Source of the DNA: Saccostrea cucullata
Taxonomy: Eukaryota
Direction: 5' to 3'
DNA: 64,000 bases
Assembly (NCBI RefSeq): GCF_032062105.1
Contig: NW_026918257.1
Location: forward strand, 62,001-126,000
Position 1 is the first letter of the stretch. The number at the start of each line of letters is the position of its first letter. Position numbers and translations under genes: made by a program. Below, in pieces: positions 25,561 to 38,850 of the stretch. Below the pieces are notes generated by a model. That model saw nothing but the letters and a program-made list of their open reading frames with translations, did not search any database and had not been told where the DNA came from.

Positions 25561-25861
25561 ATGCTTTGAAATCTGCTCTTAGCAGCTGCTTAGGTATTAA
25601 TCAACCATTTTATTATAAAATTTGCAAAATTTTGAAATATTGTCTGAAAGTTACATGCATGTATCTGAAGAAAAGTGATGATACATTTTTACAAATATCT
25701 TTAAAGAAAGAAAAAATCCTGGAAAACGTCAGATGTATTATTTAAATTGGTGCCTAATATATTTTCAAGCAATATTAAGACAACCGCCCGAGGAAAAATC
25801 CGCAATACAGGACAATCGGGCTTTCGTTGTCCTAGATTTACCGCCTGTCATCAAAGTTTCA

Positions 25862-25952
25862 CCACTTCCGGCCAATACACCACATTGTGCAATATTTTAT
25901 GACCTTATTCTGCTTTCTGATAGCAGTATAAATAGGACGTCAGATATTCAGT
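25862..25952 (+). promoter_or_regulatory. Putative core promoter of the CCCH/CHY gene
   Basis: ETS-like CACTTCCGG and CCAAT at ~25863-25876, TATAAAT at 25927, Inr-like TCAGT at 25948, in a CpG-richer patch. Confidence 0.35.
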
Positions 25953-26204
25953 AGACCAAAAGCCCTTTGGGCGTCCAGCGTTCCAGAACAACCTTCTTTA
26001 CCAAGTTTTCTTTTTTCACTGAGTGTAAGCTCACCTGTCGAGCTTGCACACTCTCAAGTCCCAACAACGGTGTTAGGCGGAGTTTATTCTAAAAACTTAT
26101 CGATTTCCATAAAACTGTTGGAAGAAGACTCAATTCGTGGTAAGGAATTTACAACAAACCTGTTCTACGAGCAAAAATCTTCATCTGAAGTCGGTTATCG
26201 TAGT

Positions 26205-29200
26205 ATGCTAAATAGATCAAAACCACTTTGTCAATATTTTAATACGAAAAGTGGTTGTAAATTCAAAGAGAACTGTAAATTTTTGCATCCTTCTCCAACA
26301 AGCATTTCTAGTCCATCATTATCAGATAATCAAGAAAATGGAGCGCCAGTAAACGAGCAGCTAGAAGCCGACCTTCTTTCTACTGCTGTTTCTCAGTTGT
26401 CTGTAAGCAACCAGAATCATGAGGCAGTAAACAAGGAAAAGGACACAACACAAAAACTCTGTTTTAATTTTGAAAAACATGGAAATTGCAGATATGGGAA
26501 CAAATGTCGTTTTCTTCATGCATTGCCAAAGAAAACGCATAATAAGGCACAAAAATCTGACAGAACTTTGAAATCTGATGGGAATGATTCTAGGAAGAGA
26601 AATGGGAATCAGCAGACCCAAGAAAGAAAGCGAACTTGTCACTACTATCAAGCAGGCCATTGCCAGAAGGGAAATGATTGCAGATTTTATCATTCAGATG
26701 AAGTCGGTAAAGGAGACATCTCAGATGCCATCTTAGCAGAGGACAAGAAACAAGTAAAGAAAGAAAAGGATGGTTGTAATGAAGCAGTATCAGCAGGCCA
26801 CACCAATGGCAGAAAGGGGCCAAAAAAGGTTCCATTAGCAGCTGGCCAGAGAAAAGTGGTACCCAGACCAGTCCAGCCTGTGAAGGAATTTAAGAGAGAT
26901 AGCTTAAGTGAAAATGAGGTTGAACAGCTCCGATTGACAGAAATTGAACAACTGAAAAAGAGACTTGCATCGTCTAATGTAGAAGTCATTACTGACAGTA
27001 AAGACAACTTCTGTGTTCAGTTTGACTTTTCATCTAGTGACCCAGACTGGGTGAGATTTTTATTTCTTTCTTTAAAGACATGTAATTGCATTTATCAAGT
27101 GTTTATGATTAAAATTCTTTGTAAATGAGGTTGCTTATTAGATGAGATTTTGTATATCCTACATATAAACTTGTGCTCTTATGTAATTTATAAATGTCTT
27201 TATTTTCTATATTTAATTATAGCCATATGATGTGGAAGTATTCACTCTTCAAGTCACCATACCAAATGAATACCCTCTGGAGGTATGTTACATTTACATT
27301 TTCTGACTTTTATGGTCTTACAATATAAAGCATATTTAAGATGTACTTTTTAAACTTTTGCTCTAATAATTTCTTTTCTCTTTGCAGATGTTTGTTGTTA
27401 GACTACCTGATGAGCAGAATTTACCAGAAACAGTACGAAGGTAAGTTTCAACATTGAATTATTTGATGAAATCCAACAAATCAAAGTATTTTGGTATTCA
27501 TATAAGACTTATTTTGAATGGGAATGTAAAGAGTAATGTTTGTTAACCTCTTTTATGTAGGTACATAGAAGCTTCTCTTGAAGACTGGGTAAATACAAAA
27601 CAGGCAGAGTTGATAAGTGCTGGAGTAGTTAGACTGGAATTTCGACCTTTCCTGAAATGGTTGGACAGGAGTCTGGAATCTATTGTGACAGGTGCTCTAA
27701 AACAGGTTAGTAATGGTAAAAATGTTTGCTAATAATTTACATGTATACTCTTTTTCTAACTTCAAAATATTATAGAAGTCCTCCTTTTGCAAAAGAACGC
27801 AATTTTTGTGATCTGTATGGTGTAAAAAGATAAGATAAAGTAAATTCCAGGTTTCAAAGCATGAAATATCTTTCTGAAAAAATAGATCTCTTTGTTTCAG
27901 TTAAAGAAGGAACTGGAAGCCAGAGCAGCAGGACTACAGTTTATTCCAGCCTCCAAACTACAAGAAAAAGTAAAATCAGCAGGAAGTGATGAGGATCAGG
28001 AGGAAAATGAGGAGGAGGAAGAGGAGGGTGAGGATGAAAGCATGATGTTTAAAGGAGTGGCCTACAGGAAGACTGATGAGGACTTAGTGTATACAGGTAT
28101 GTGAGAGTGACGTGTTTCATGTACTGGAATATTTCATTCAATCTAAATGAGAAAGGTTTCTTTGAGTAATTCCCCTTTATATTCGTTGCACATTGGTGAT
28201 GAGTAGTCATAGTTTCATTGGTTTTGTATTCCATTCATTCAGATTTCTTTGAGTAATGCCCGTTTGTATACTTTATGATTTCAATGTCGTATTTTGCAGG
28301 ACCACAACAGGATGTGGAATCTTCAGAAGAAGAGGAGGAGGATTTAATTGAGTCTGCCATTACTACTGACAACAAACCAGAGAAAGATGAAAGGCGGGGG
28401 ACAGAAATCAAGCTAAGGAACCTGACACTGAAAGACAACGCTTCAACACTTACCTGTAGTAATATAAAAATCATCATTCAGTGTGCTCGCTGCAAAAACA
28501 AGATGGATGTCAACACACCCTCCGGGAGACCTAACTTGGTGACCTGTTTAAAATGCAGCTACCCTCAGGTTTTGACCTTTCGATCAGCAATCATGCATCA
28601 GTTCTCGTCTGTAGTTGGCTATCTGGATTTAGATGGATGTCTTCCATTTGATGTTATCCTTCAGGACTGTGTGTTTAAGCTAGGATGCTTCAGCTGCAAC
28701 AAAGAAATGAAAGCCAAGGTACATTTTATAGAAAGAAAATAATATTTGTTGGTTATTTTCTAAATTTATTGAAGGAAAAAATGTTTAGGAAAACAACAAA
28801 TTGAAAGAAATTCTCTCTTCTAGTTCTGTCTACAATATCCTGTTCATTATGTTCACTTTTTTATGAACAGAGTATGGCTTTTGGACAAGTTACAGAGACA
28901 TGGTGCTCTACATGTCACGGAAAAATGAAAGTGTCAGCAGAGTCGGTCAAGTTTGCCCAACTTCTTCCTTCAGAGCCAGAAACAGGTATCACTTTACATT
29001 TTAATGATTTATTGTAGATACAGGAAAACCTCATTGTCTTGAACTATATGGAATGGGAACAAAAGTTTTAGATGTATGAGGAATCAATATTTTGAGAGTA
29101 GAATACATAAGGAAAGAAAAGGTGTTTGACTCTCAACTCACATTGACATATCCAAATATAGACAAGATTTCAATGTTAGAGATAAAAAGTTCAATTGTAT

Positions 29201-29966
29201 TTAAAGGCTTTTCTGAATAGAAATACATGTATTTGGGTTCTATTTTCAGATGAGAAGAGTTTGCATAAAGTTCCAGTCTTAAAGCCAAAGAAAAATTTGA
29301 AAGAACCAGAGATCCAACTAGGTCGCCCACTGCCTGAGGATGGGACATGTAAACATTACAAGAAAAGTTTTCGATGGTTCAGGTAGATTCATTTTCAGAA
29401 TTATATAACTTTAAATTTAACAAGTGTTTAACATTTATAAAGACAATAGTTTAAGTTGGACTTTACTAACATGGGCCTGTCTTCTTTTAGGTTCCCCTGC
29501 TGTGGTAAGTGTTACCCATGTGACATCTGCCATGAGATGAAGGAAGGGGACCATGAGATGCTGCTGGCCACCAGAATGATCTGTGGACACTGTTGTAAGG
29601 AACAGCCTTTTGCATTGGATAAAGCCTGTGTGGCATGCAAAAAGTCAATGACTCAAGTCCGCACTGCATTCTGGGAAGGGGGTAAAGGATGCAGAGACAA
29701 GTCTAAAATGAGCAGGTTCGTCCAAATGATTGATAAAAAATTCACTGTTTACCTTCTGTTCTCAATATACATTTACTGATTAATAATATTTTGAGTAAAA
29801 GTATTTGACAAGGAATGTATTTATTTTGAAGTTAAAATTTTTTTTTTTTAGGAATGATGTTCAGAAATATTCTGGACAATCAAAGACTGTATCCAGAAAG
29901 GCTCAAGAGAAATTAAAGTCATCCACAGCAAAGAAAAACACCAAGCTACGACACAGCAGCAACTAA
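26205..29966 (+). CDS. Uncharacterised CCCH-type and CHY-type zinc-finger protein with RWD-like middle domain, 768 aa
   Basis: Exons 26205-27050, 27223-27282, 27388-27440, 27561-27705, 27901-28096, 28300-28718, 28871-28985, 29250-29382, 29491-29715, 29852-29966. All introns are GT-AG and the frame is continuous (2307 nt). Three CCCH fingers, SDPDWPYDV..IPNEYP segment, four CxxC pairs, CHY motif CKHY..RFPCCGKCYPCDICH. Confidence 0.88.
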
Positions 29967-30476
29967 TACAATAACATTGTTTCTTTAAAACCTGATACAC
30001 ATGGGTAAAATTTCAGTAAAGTGCTTTGAAAGAAGATTTTACTTTATACAGTTGATGCCATGCATCTAGATGCAATATAACATTTGCAAAATATGTTTTA
30101 GGACAAATCTAATCTAAATCTAATGTATATACATATACCAGTGTGACAAAAATATCTTGTTTTGTAGTTTGCATTTTCAATACTGATAATTTATTTAAAT
30201 ATTGAATGCCAAATAATTGGAAAATAATAGTAATTAAAAATGAAATTACTGAATACCTAAGTAGCAATGTACAGTAAACCCAACATAACTGCTGATTTTC
30301 ATATGTTTATATTGATTTAAAATAGTTATATTTTTAATATCATGTTTAATTAAGAAACACTTTTGATAAATGTATTTGTTGTGAAAATATTTTTGAAAAT
30401 AAAATTACAATATAGCAATTAAAGAAATTTTCTCAGAATTTTGAGCTTTGCAGATAAGTAAGTTTTTGGGACACAC

Positions 30477-30658
30477 TACTGTGGTTTCATCAATTTTCAT
30501 TGGCATCAATTTTTGTGTATTTTGTAATACAGACGTTTTCGAGGATACGTAATTTCGTGGAAAAAAGCAAGGAATGAACATTTATTAAATTCGTAGATCT
30601 GCTCCACAACAAAATCCTCGAAAATTGGTGCTCGACGAATATTGATGAAACCACAGTA
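30477..30658. mobile_element. Tc1/mariner-like MITE with TA flanks
   Basis: TACTGTGGTTTCATCAAT / ATTGATGAAACCACAGTA perfect inverted ends. Confidence 0.8.
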
Positions 30659-30959
30659 TTTTCAATTCGTAGTGGAAATAGAAAAAATTGCTGTCAGTAT
30701 ACAGTGAATTGGGGGATATTGCACAACCCTGGAACTCCAGAATCTCTCTAGCCCAACAGTATTGCACAATCTGAGATTGGCATTATACTTCACAGCTTTT
30801 GTTGGTTTCTCAGTCTTGGAACTAGTAAGAATTGCTTTAAATATGATGTGTGTGAAAACTGATGCCCATGTATTATAGCTTATGGCAAAAAGTTAAAAGT
30901 TTCTTAAGGCAAACCTACAGAAGCATGTTAGTGCCACTTGGACACTTTTATTTTAATTT

Positions 30960-31180
30960 CAACACTTTAATCTAAATTTTACACTTTAATCTGTAAATTT
31001 TACACTTTATTCTGAACAATCTATATTGATGCCACTTGGAGACTTTTTTTTAATTTCTACACTTTAATCTGTAAGATTTACACATTAATCTGTAAATTTT
31101 ACACTTTAATCTGTAAAATTTACACTTTAATCTGTAAATTTGACACTTTATTCTGTAAATTTTACACTTTATACTGAACA
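30960..31180 (+). repeat. 21-bp minisatellite (TACACTTTAATCTGTAAATTT) within a duplicated block
   Basis: About 9 units in two clusters, each led by TGCCACTTGGA and closed by CTGAACAATCT. Confidence 0.8.
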
Positions 31181-32202
31181 ATCTGTATTAATCTGTTCAC
31201 TAAATGATGTCCAGCCTCCCATATGATTATAATGGCAAAGTCCATGTATTGCTGTGAAAGACCCAAAATAAGTGTCGGATCAAAAAGTAAATTAGGAGAC
31301 TTAGATGCAAAATGACATTATGCTGTAAAGAATCTGTGAAAGTATTATATTTAACTTCATTCAGTGTTATAGAAGAAGTTGTGGATATAAGAGATGGTTA
31401 CCCTTCAATATTATAGAAAGAATGGTAGTACCCATGTTTTGCTGTTGGAATCCACACTTTCTTGCGTATAGAACGCAAACCGCATGAGACATTTGGAAGG
31501 TCTAGAATGTGACGTCACATTACATTGTACATGCATTTCTATTAGGACTAAACAGTTTTTAACTTTTTATGTTCCTGTAATCGAAGATTCAGGGCATAAT
31601 TTGCCACATCCATACGTATGTTACAAAGTTATTTGTCTCGTGCGGTTTGCGTTCTATACATACGCAAGAACGGCTGGTCACTCAGGTCCATTCCCATGAA
31701 ATTAAATTGGTGAGCATTCAGCTCACTATTGATACCCTGCCTCCCAAATGATTGTAATGTGTAATGACAAAGTCCATGTTTGTTCTGGGAGACCCGAAAT
31801 AAGTGTCAGATATTATGCACCTGTAATATGAAAGCCCTATCTGTTCTCTTTCAAAAGTTCTGACCAATTTAATGTAATGCTAATTTTTTTTAAAGTAGGT
31901 AAATCTTGTAAGGTCTAGGGTAAAAATCATGGCGTATTTGGAAAGGTCTTATCACAGGTAATATTCATGTAAGATATGAAAACCCGATCTCTTCTCATTC
32001 AGAAATTATGTAAAGTTTTTGTGACAGACGGACGGACAGACTTACAGACGAATGTCCCCTCGCTTTCGCGGATAAAAAAAATAGGAGGTGCACAATGGTA
32101 TTATGTAATAGAGAATCTGTGAAAGTATCGTTATATTTTATTCAGTACGTGGTATAGGACGATTTGCGGGTAAGAGATGGATGCCCTTCAACATTATAGA
32201 AA

Positions 32203-33200
32203 CAAGATATGTTTGTAAAACACTGTTGCCCCCGTGTAGCATCATAGCGATGGTTAAATTTTCTCAAATGCAAATCAAACATGTTGATACCCTAAATAAG
32301 GCCTTCTCAAAAGAAATAAAATATGAAAAATAAAACCCTTGTACCACCTATTCAAAAGTTATGGCTAAGGATCACGTTTTTATTTGTAGATCAATCTCCA
32401 AGGTCAAGGACAAAGGGTCAAAGTTGTTGGTATCCAATGAAAGGTCTTGTCACAAGAATTACAAATGTGAAATATGAAAGCCCCCGCCCTTACCGTTCAA
32501 AATTTAAGGCCAAGGTTGAAGATTTTTAAAAGTAAGTCAATCTCCAGGGTCAAGGTCAATAGGTCAAAGTTGTTGGTATCCAGTGAAAGGTCTTGTCACA
32601 AGGAACAAGGAACATATGAGAAGTATGAAAGTCCTAGCATCAACAGTTCAAAAGTTATTATTGCAAAGTTTTTTAAAAGTATGTCAATCTCCAGGGTCAA
32701 GGACAAATTCAGGTCAAAGTTGTTGGTATCCAGTGGAAGGTCTTGTCACAAAGAATACATATGTGAAAAATGAAAGTCCTAGCATCATACGTTCAAAAGT
32801 TATGGCCAACAAGCTTATAGTTTTTTAAAATTAGGTCAATCTCAAAAGTCAAGGTCAAAAGGTATCCAATGGAAGGTCTTTTCAAAAAGAATATATATAT
32901 GAAGTATGAAAGTTCTAGCATCAATCGTTCAAAAGTTGTGACCAAAGTAAAAGTTTGGAATTTTGGTGTAAAAGTGTGTCAAACTCTAAGGTCAAGGTCA
33001 AGAGGTCAAATTTGGTGGTACCCAAAGAAAGGTCTTGTAACAACTAACAAGGAATACACCTGTGAAATATGAAAGCCATAGTCCCATCCAGTCAACAGTT
33101 ATCGGCAAGGTTTCAGTTTTTGCGGACAAATAGACAGACAGACGGGCGGACAGGGCAAAAACTATATACCCCCGAAACTTCGTTTACCGGGGCGAAAAAA
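32203..33200 (+). mobile_element. Complete HINE-like element with tandem internal units
   Basis: Head AACAAGATATGTTTGTAAAACACTGTTGCCCCC, ~6-7 internal units, ACAG microsatellite and terminal CCCCG..CGGGGCGAAAAAA. Confidence 0.75.
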
Positions 33201-33954
33201 TGGAAGTGTCCATATTTTGCTCAAAAAGTAAAATACCACGGTAGGAGGTGCACAATGGCACAGAGTTGCGGAAAATAGATGGGTACATCTGGGGATATAA
33301 TAAACTTTACCTGTAACCATTTTGCACAGATGGTGCAAATATAACACTACCAAAATTGCTTCGGATGCTGGATATCTGACCTATATTTTCCAGACGATTT
33401 ACCAATTTATTTAAAGTTTTTAGAGCAGATCCATTCATAAGTAACTAGTTATAAGCTCAAACTGGACCAAACTTGCATGGATGATGCATTTAAGAATACG
33501 GACACTACCGGACTTGCTTCGACTACTGGATCTGGGCTCCATTTTCCAAAGAAGTGACCAGCCATCTTTAAAATAAATTGTTTGCTTGCCCTCTCCCGAC
33601 TCGGGGTAAACTATTGGGTCGGTAGGGAGATGGGAAAATCTTTTTTCCAGAAAGTTTCAACATATTTGTTCACGTGATAAGAGGAAGAAGCAAATTCAAA
33701 GATTTGTGGTCTGCCGCTTTCGGTGTCTTTGTGGGTGAGATGTTATTTTTTATGACATCTTGTGTCTAATATGAACACCCTATCACATGTCATTTATTTA
33801 GAAATTATCATTGAAGTTGATTTAAAAAAAAAAAATAAAGTCAATCGTGAAGGTCAACGTCAATGGGGTAAGAAATCATAGCATGCTCGGAATTATCTTC
33901 TCACAGGTAATGCACATGTCGAATATGAAAGCCCTATCTCTTCTCCATATAAGG

Positions 33955-36900
33955 AACAAGATGTGTTTGTGAAACACTGATGACCAAGTATGGTAACATA
34001 ACGAAGATTAAACTTTTCTTAAATGCAAATGGAATATATTATTACCCAAAGTAGGGTTTTTCTCACAAGAAATACGATTGTGAAATACAAAATCCCTAGC
34101 ACATGTTCAAAAGTTATAGTCGAGGATAAATTTTTGAAAGGTAGGTCAAACTCCAAGGTGAAAGGGTCTGAGTTGTTGGTTTCTTAAGAAAGGTCTTATC
34201 ACAAGTAATACATATGTGAAGGATGAAAGCCCTAACCCTAACCGTTCAAAAGTTATGGCCAAGGTTAAAGTTTTTTTTAAAAGTAGGTCAACTCCAAAGT
34301 CAAGATCAAAGGGTTAAAGTTCTTGGTATCCAATGAAAGGTCTTCTCACAAGGATTACATATGTGAAGTATATAAGCCCTAGCCCTTACCATTCAAAAGT
34401 TATGGTCAAGGTTAAAGTTTTTTCATAAGTACGGAAATCTCCAAGGTCAAAAGGTCAAAGTTGTTGCCACAAAGAATACATATGTGACATACGAAAGTCC
34501 TAGTATCTACCGTTCAAAAGTTGGGAACAAGGTTACAGTTTTTAAAAAACGTAGCTAAAACTCCAAGGTCAAGGTCAAAAGGTCAAATTTGGTGGTACCC
34601 AAAGAAATGTCTTGTCACAAGGAATACACATGTGAAATATGAAAGCCCTGGTCCTTACCGTTAAAAAGTTATGGTCAAGGTTTAAGTTTTTTATGCGCCC
34701 GCATCGAAAGATCCGAGGCGTGTATTGTTTTTGTCCTGTCTGTTTGTCTGTTTGTCTGCAAAATTTAACCTTCCTCATAACTTTTGAACCATGAATGAAA
34801 GAGACTTCATATTTGATATGCATACTCCACTAAATTAAACTCTTTCAAATGACACCAAGGTAAATGACCTTGTGACCTTGACTGTGACCTATATGCTAAA
34901 AAATAGTTTTTTTCTGCAAACTTTAACCTTTGTCATAACTTTTGAACCAGAAAAGATGGAGACTTCATATTTGGTATACATACACCACTGATAAAGTTCT
35001 TTAAAATGACACCAATGGTCAATGACCTTGTGACCTTGACTGTGACCTATACGCTAAATATAGCTTTTTTGACGGCAAACTTTAACCTTCCCCATAACTT
35101 TTGAACGAAGAAAGATAGAGACTTAATATTTGGCCTGCGTACTCCACTAATTAAGCCTTTTCACATGATACCAAGGACAATGGCCTTGTGACGTTGACTG
35201 TGTCCTATATGCTAAAAATAGCTTTTTTTGGAACCTTCACCATAACTTTTGAACGATGAGAGATAGAGACTTCATATTTGGTATGATTACTTCACTTATC
35301 AAGTTCTTTCAAATGAAAATGACCAATGACTGTGTGACGTTGACTGTGACCTATATGCTAAAAATATGTTTTTTAACTTTGTTGCCGCCGGGCGCATAGT
35401 GTTTTTACAAACACATCTTGTTCATAAGTACGTAAATCTCCAAGGTCAAGGTCAAAAGGTCAAAGTTGTTGGTAACCAGTAAAAGGTCTTGCCACAAAAA
35501 TACATATGTGAAATATGAAAATCCTAGTATCTACCGTTCAAAAGTTGTGACCAAGGTTAAAGTTTTTTTTAAAAGTAGTTAAAACTCCAAGTTCAAGGTC
35601 AAAGGGTCAAAGTTCTTGGTATCCAATGAAAGGTCTTTTCACAAAAATTACATATGTGAAGTATGAAAGCCCTAGACCTTACCATTCAAAAGTTATGGTC
35701 AAGGTTAAAGGTTTTTCATAAGTACGGAAATCTCCAAGGTCAAGGTCAAAAGGTCAAAGTTTTTGGTATCCAATGAAAGGTCTTGCCACAAAAAATACAA
35801 ATTTCAAATATGAAACCCTAGTATCTACCGTTCAAAAGTTAAGGCCAAAGTAAAAGTTTGGAATTTTTGTGTAAAAGTGGGTCACACTCAAAGGTCAAGG
35901 TCAAAAGGTCAAATTTGGTGGTACCCAAAGAAATTTCTTGTCACAGGGAATACACATGTGAAATTTGGAAGTCATAGCTCCACTAAATCAAAAGTTATGG
36001 GCAAGGTTTAAGTTTTTGTGGCGGACGGACAGCTAGACAGACTGACGGACAGACGAATGAGATTTAATGTCCCTTCGCTTTCGCGAAAGCGGGGGACAAT
36101 ATTAATAAAAAGAACAAGATGTTTTGTGAAACACTGATTCCCCCGTACAGCAACATAGCGAAGGTTAAATTTTCTCAAATGCAAATCAAATATGTTGATA
36201 CCCAAAGTAAGGCTTTCTCACAAGAAATACAAATATGAAATATAAAACCCTAGCACCACCTGTTCAATAATTATGGCCAAGGTTAACGTTTTTTAAAGGT
36301 AGGACGAACTCCGGGATCAAGGTCAAAGGATAAAGGTTGTTGGTTTCTAAAGAAAGGCCTTGTCAGAAAGATTACCTATGGGAAGTATGCAAGCCGTAAC
36401 CCTTCAAAAGTTATTGCCATGGTCAAAGTTTTTTAAAAGTAGGTCAATCTCCAGGGTCAAGATCAAAGGATCAAGATTGCTGGTATCCAATGAAAGGTCT
36501 TGTCACAAGGATTACATATGTGAAGTATGAAAGCCATAGCCCTTACCGTTCAAAAGTTATTGCCAAGGTTTTCGTTTTATAAAAGTAGGTCAAACTCCAA
36601 GGTCAAAGGGTCAAAGTTGTTGGTTTCCAATGAAAGGTCGTGTCACAATGATTACATATGTGAAAAAATTAAAGCCGTAACCTTTACCGTTCCTACATGT
36701 AAGTTATGGTCAAGGTTAAAGTTTTTTTTTAATGAAAGAACTTGTCACAAGGATAACATTTATGAAGTACGAAAGCCGTAGCCCTTACCGTTCAAAAGTT
36801 GTGGTCAAGGTTAAAGTTTGGTGTAAAAAACTCCAAGGTCAAGCCCAAGAGGTCAAATTGGGTGGTACCCAAAGAAAGGTCTTGTCACAAGGAATACACC

Positions 36901-37075
36901 TTTGAAATATGAAAGCAAAGTCCCACCCAGTCAAAAATTATTAGCAAGGTTAAAGTTTTTGCGGACAAACAAACAGACAGAAATACATTCATACATACAT
37001 ACAGACAGACAAACGGACGGACAGGGCAGAAACTATATACCTCCGAAACTGCGTTTACCGTTAATAAAAAAATAT
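33955..37075 (+). mobile_element. Cluster of HINE-like elements (33955-36105 and 36113-37075)
   Basis: Two family heads AACAAGATGT(G/T)TTTGTGAAACAC, many internal units, microsatellite tails, and a hairpin CGCTTTCGCGAAAGCG at ~36076-36091. Confidence 0.75.
34690..35422 (-). mobile_element. Second HINE family nested in opposite orientation
   Basis: Reverse complement of the 12865-type element (GGGCGCATAGTGTTTTTACAAACACATCTTGTT at 35390-35422), with four ~150-bp internal units. Confidence 0.8.
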
Positions 37076-38734
37076 CTTGTCATGGACTGTAAAACAAAAA
37101 TTTTGAGTCGGACCATTTTCAGTCAGTCCGTCGGGAGAGTGCAACCGAACAATTTTTTAAGGTGGCCCCAGTTTAAAGTTTTTGGTGCAGATCCATTGCC
37201 AACTAACTGTAAGTCCTATCAACAATAAACTTGCAAGGATATCAAACTGAAACCAGGATGACAGATTATTTGGTACTAGTACTAGTATTATAGCTGCAGA
37301 TCTGTAGCTCGCTGATCTGAAAAAATTGGGATAGACGACCAGATCTGTCCATATTTATATTTTTCGGAGAACTACAGTTCTGTAGCTTCTCAACAGTATT
37401 AGAAAAAAACAATATGTGTTTGTGAAACACTATGCCCCCGATTGTTACACAGTTCTGGGGTGGAACGTGGACTGAAGTGGTATACACTTACCCTTGACAG
37501 CTCAATAATTATGGGCTGGGTTAAAGCTGACAACAGACAGACAGGAATCTTTCGATCCGGGGGCATAAATATGATGTTAGATCTGCTTTTCTTATAGAAA
37601 ACATTTGTTGAGGTGAGCTTCGTAATATATTTTATTTTTTTGATAACGTAACTTGCTTTTTTATAAACCATGTAGTGATGAATTCAAATTTTTTTTTATA
37701 ATGGAGGATGGAGAGTGGGAAGGGGGGAGCCTTTGAACTTCCTGCATGTGTTAAAAATTTCTTCTTAATTAAGAACTCTGTTAATCATAACGTCAGAAAC
37801 ACACTTTTACGAATTACATCTAATAATCAATAAGTAAATCAGTTGAAATTGTAGTTAGAATTTTTATACCCCCCCCCACCGCTTGAAAAGTGGGAGGGTA
37901 TATAGTGATCAAGATGTCCGTCTGTCTGTAGGTCCGTCCGTCAGTCCCTTTGTTACGCTTTGGGGTACCTATCTCTTATCCGCAATTCCTCTTATAGTTA
38001 TACCACTGAATGAAATTTAAAGCGACTTCAAGTATCTTTGTGACATAGTGCCATTATGCACCTCCTGTTTTACTTTTTGATCGCACGTACCCATATTTCG
38101 GGTTTCCCACGGCAAAACATACATAGGTACTACCATTCTTTCTATGATACTGAAGGGTATCCATCTCTTATATCCACAACTTCTCCTATACCACTGAATA
38201 AAATTTAATGATACTTTCACAGATTCTTAATAGCATAATGCCACTGTGCATCTAACTCTCCTATTTTACTTTTTGATCTGACACTTATTTTTGGTCTTTC
38301 AGAGCAAAACATCGACTTTGCCATTATATAAACAAGGTTAGCTTTTTTAAAAAAGCTGACTGTCAGCCACTGGAATACAGAAAGTTTCTCTCTTGTTTTG
38401 TAATGGTTTATGATTTGATCTATCCACCATGTTGTGTTCCTTAAATATAATAAATGCCATTGTAAGAAAAGTTAAATTCTTGTAATCGTTTTCTTATTTG
38501 TAACATAATGCCACATACATAATAAATAATAAAGCATAGAATAATTTTTTTAAAGAAAAATTATGAATTCATGAAAACCACCACAATATGAAATATTTGT
38601 AAAATGGAATGACCTTTGTTATGGCGTCCGTAAAAAATGAAAAAGGGGCAGGGGGTTAACTCTATACTTAATATATTTTAGTTTAGGAAAAATTCTGCGT
38701 GATCATTACAATGATCTTCAATAAATTCTCTTCG

Positions 38735-38850
38735 GCGCAGACATCAGAGAAAGTTCATCTTATACCGGTAAATGAACAAAAGCAACCATGGCGACTAAGA
38801 TCACGTTAAATTCTATAAAAATGATATAGATTCTGATGAATAAAAGGAAG
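38735..38850 (+). other. Possible non-coding first exon of the SLC25A44-like gene
   Basis: CpG-containing patch with a YY1-like CCATGGCG and a donor-like GAAG|GTAGAC at 38850. No long ORF. The link to the gene is inferred only. Confidence 0.25.

Noticed and set aside
20595-29966. U12-type (minor) introns in SNRNP48 or the neighbouring gene
   Set aside because: No intron starts with RTATCCT; all donors look U2-type.
32323-37228. Many short ORFs with recurring MKYES / KLLVSNERSCHK peptides (also at 5771, 6564, 7309, 48791, 52221)
   Set aside because: They are chance translations of the HINE internal tandem units, with inconsistent frames between copies.
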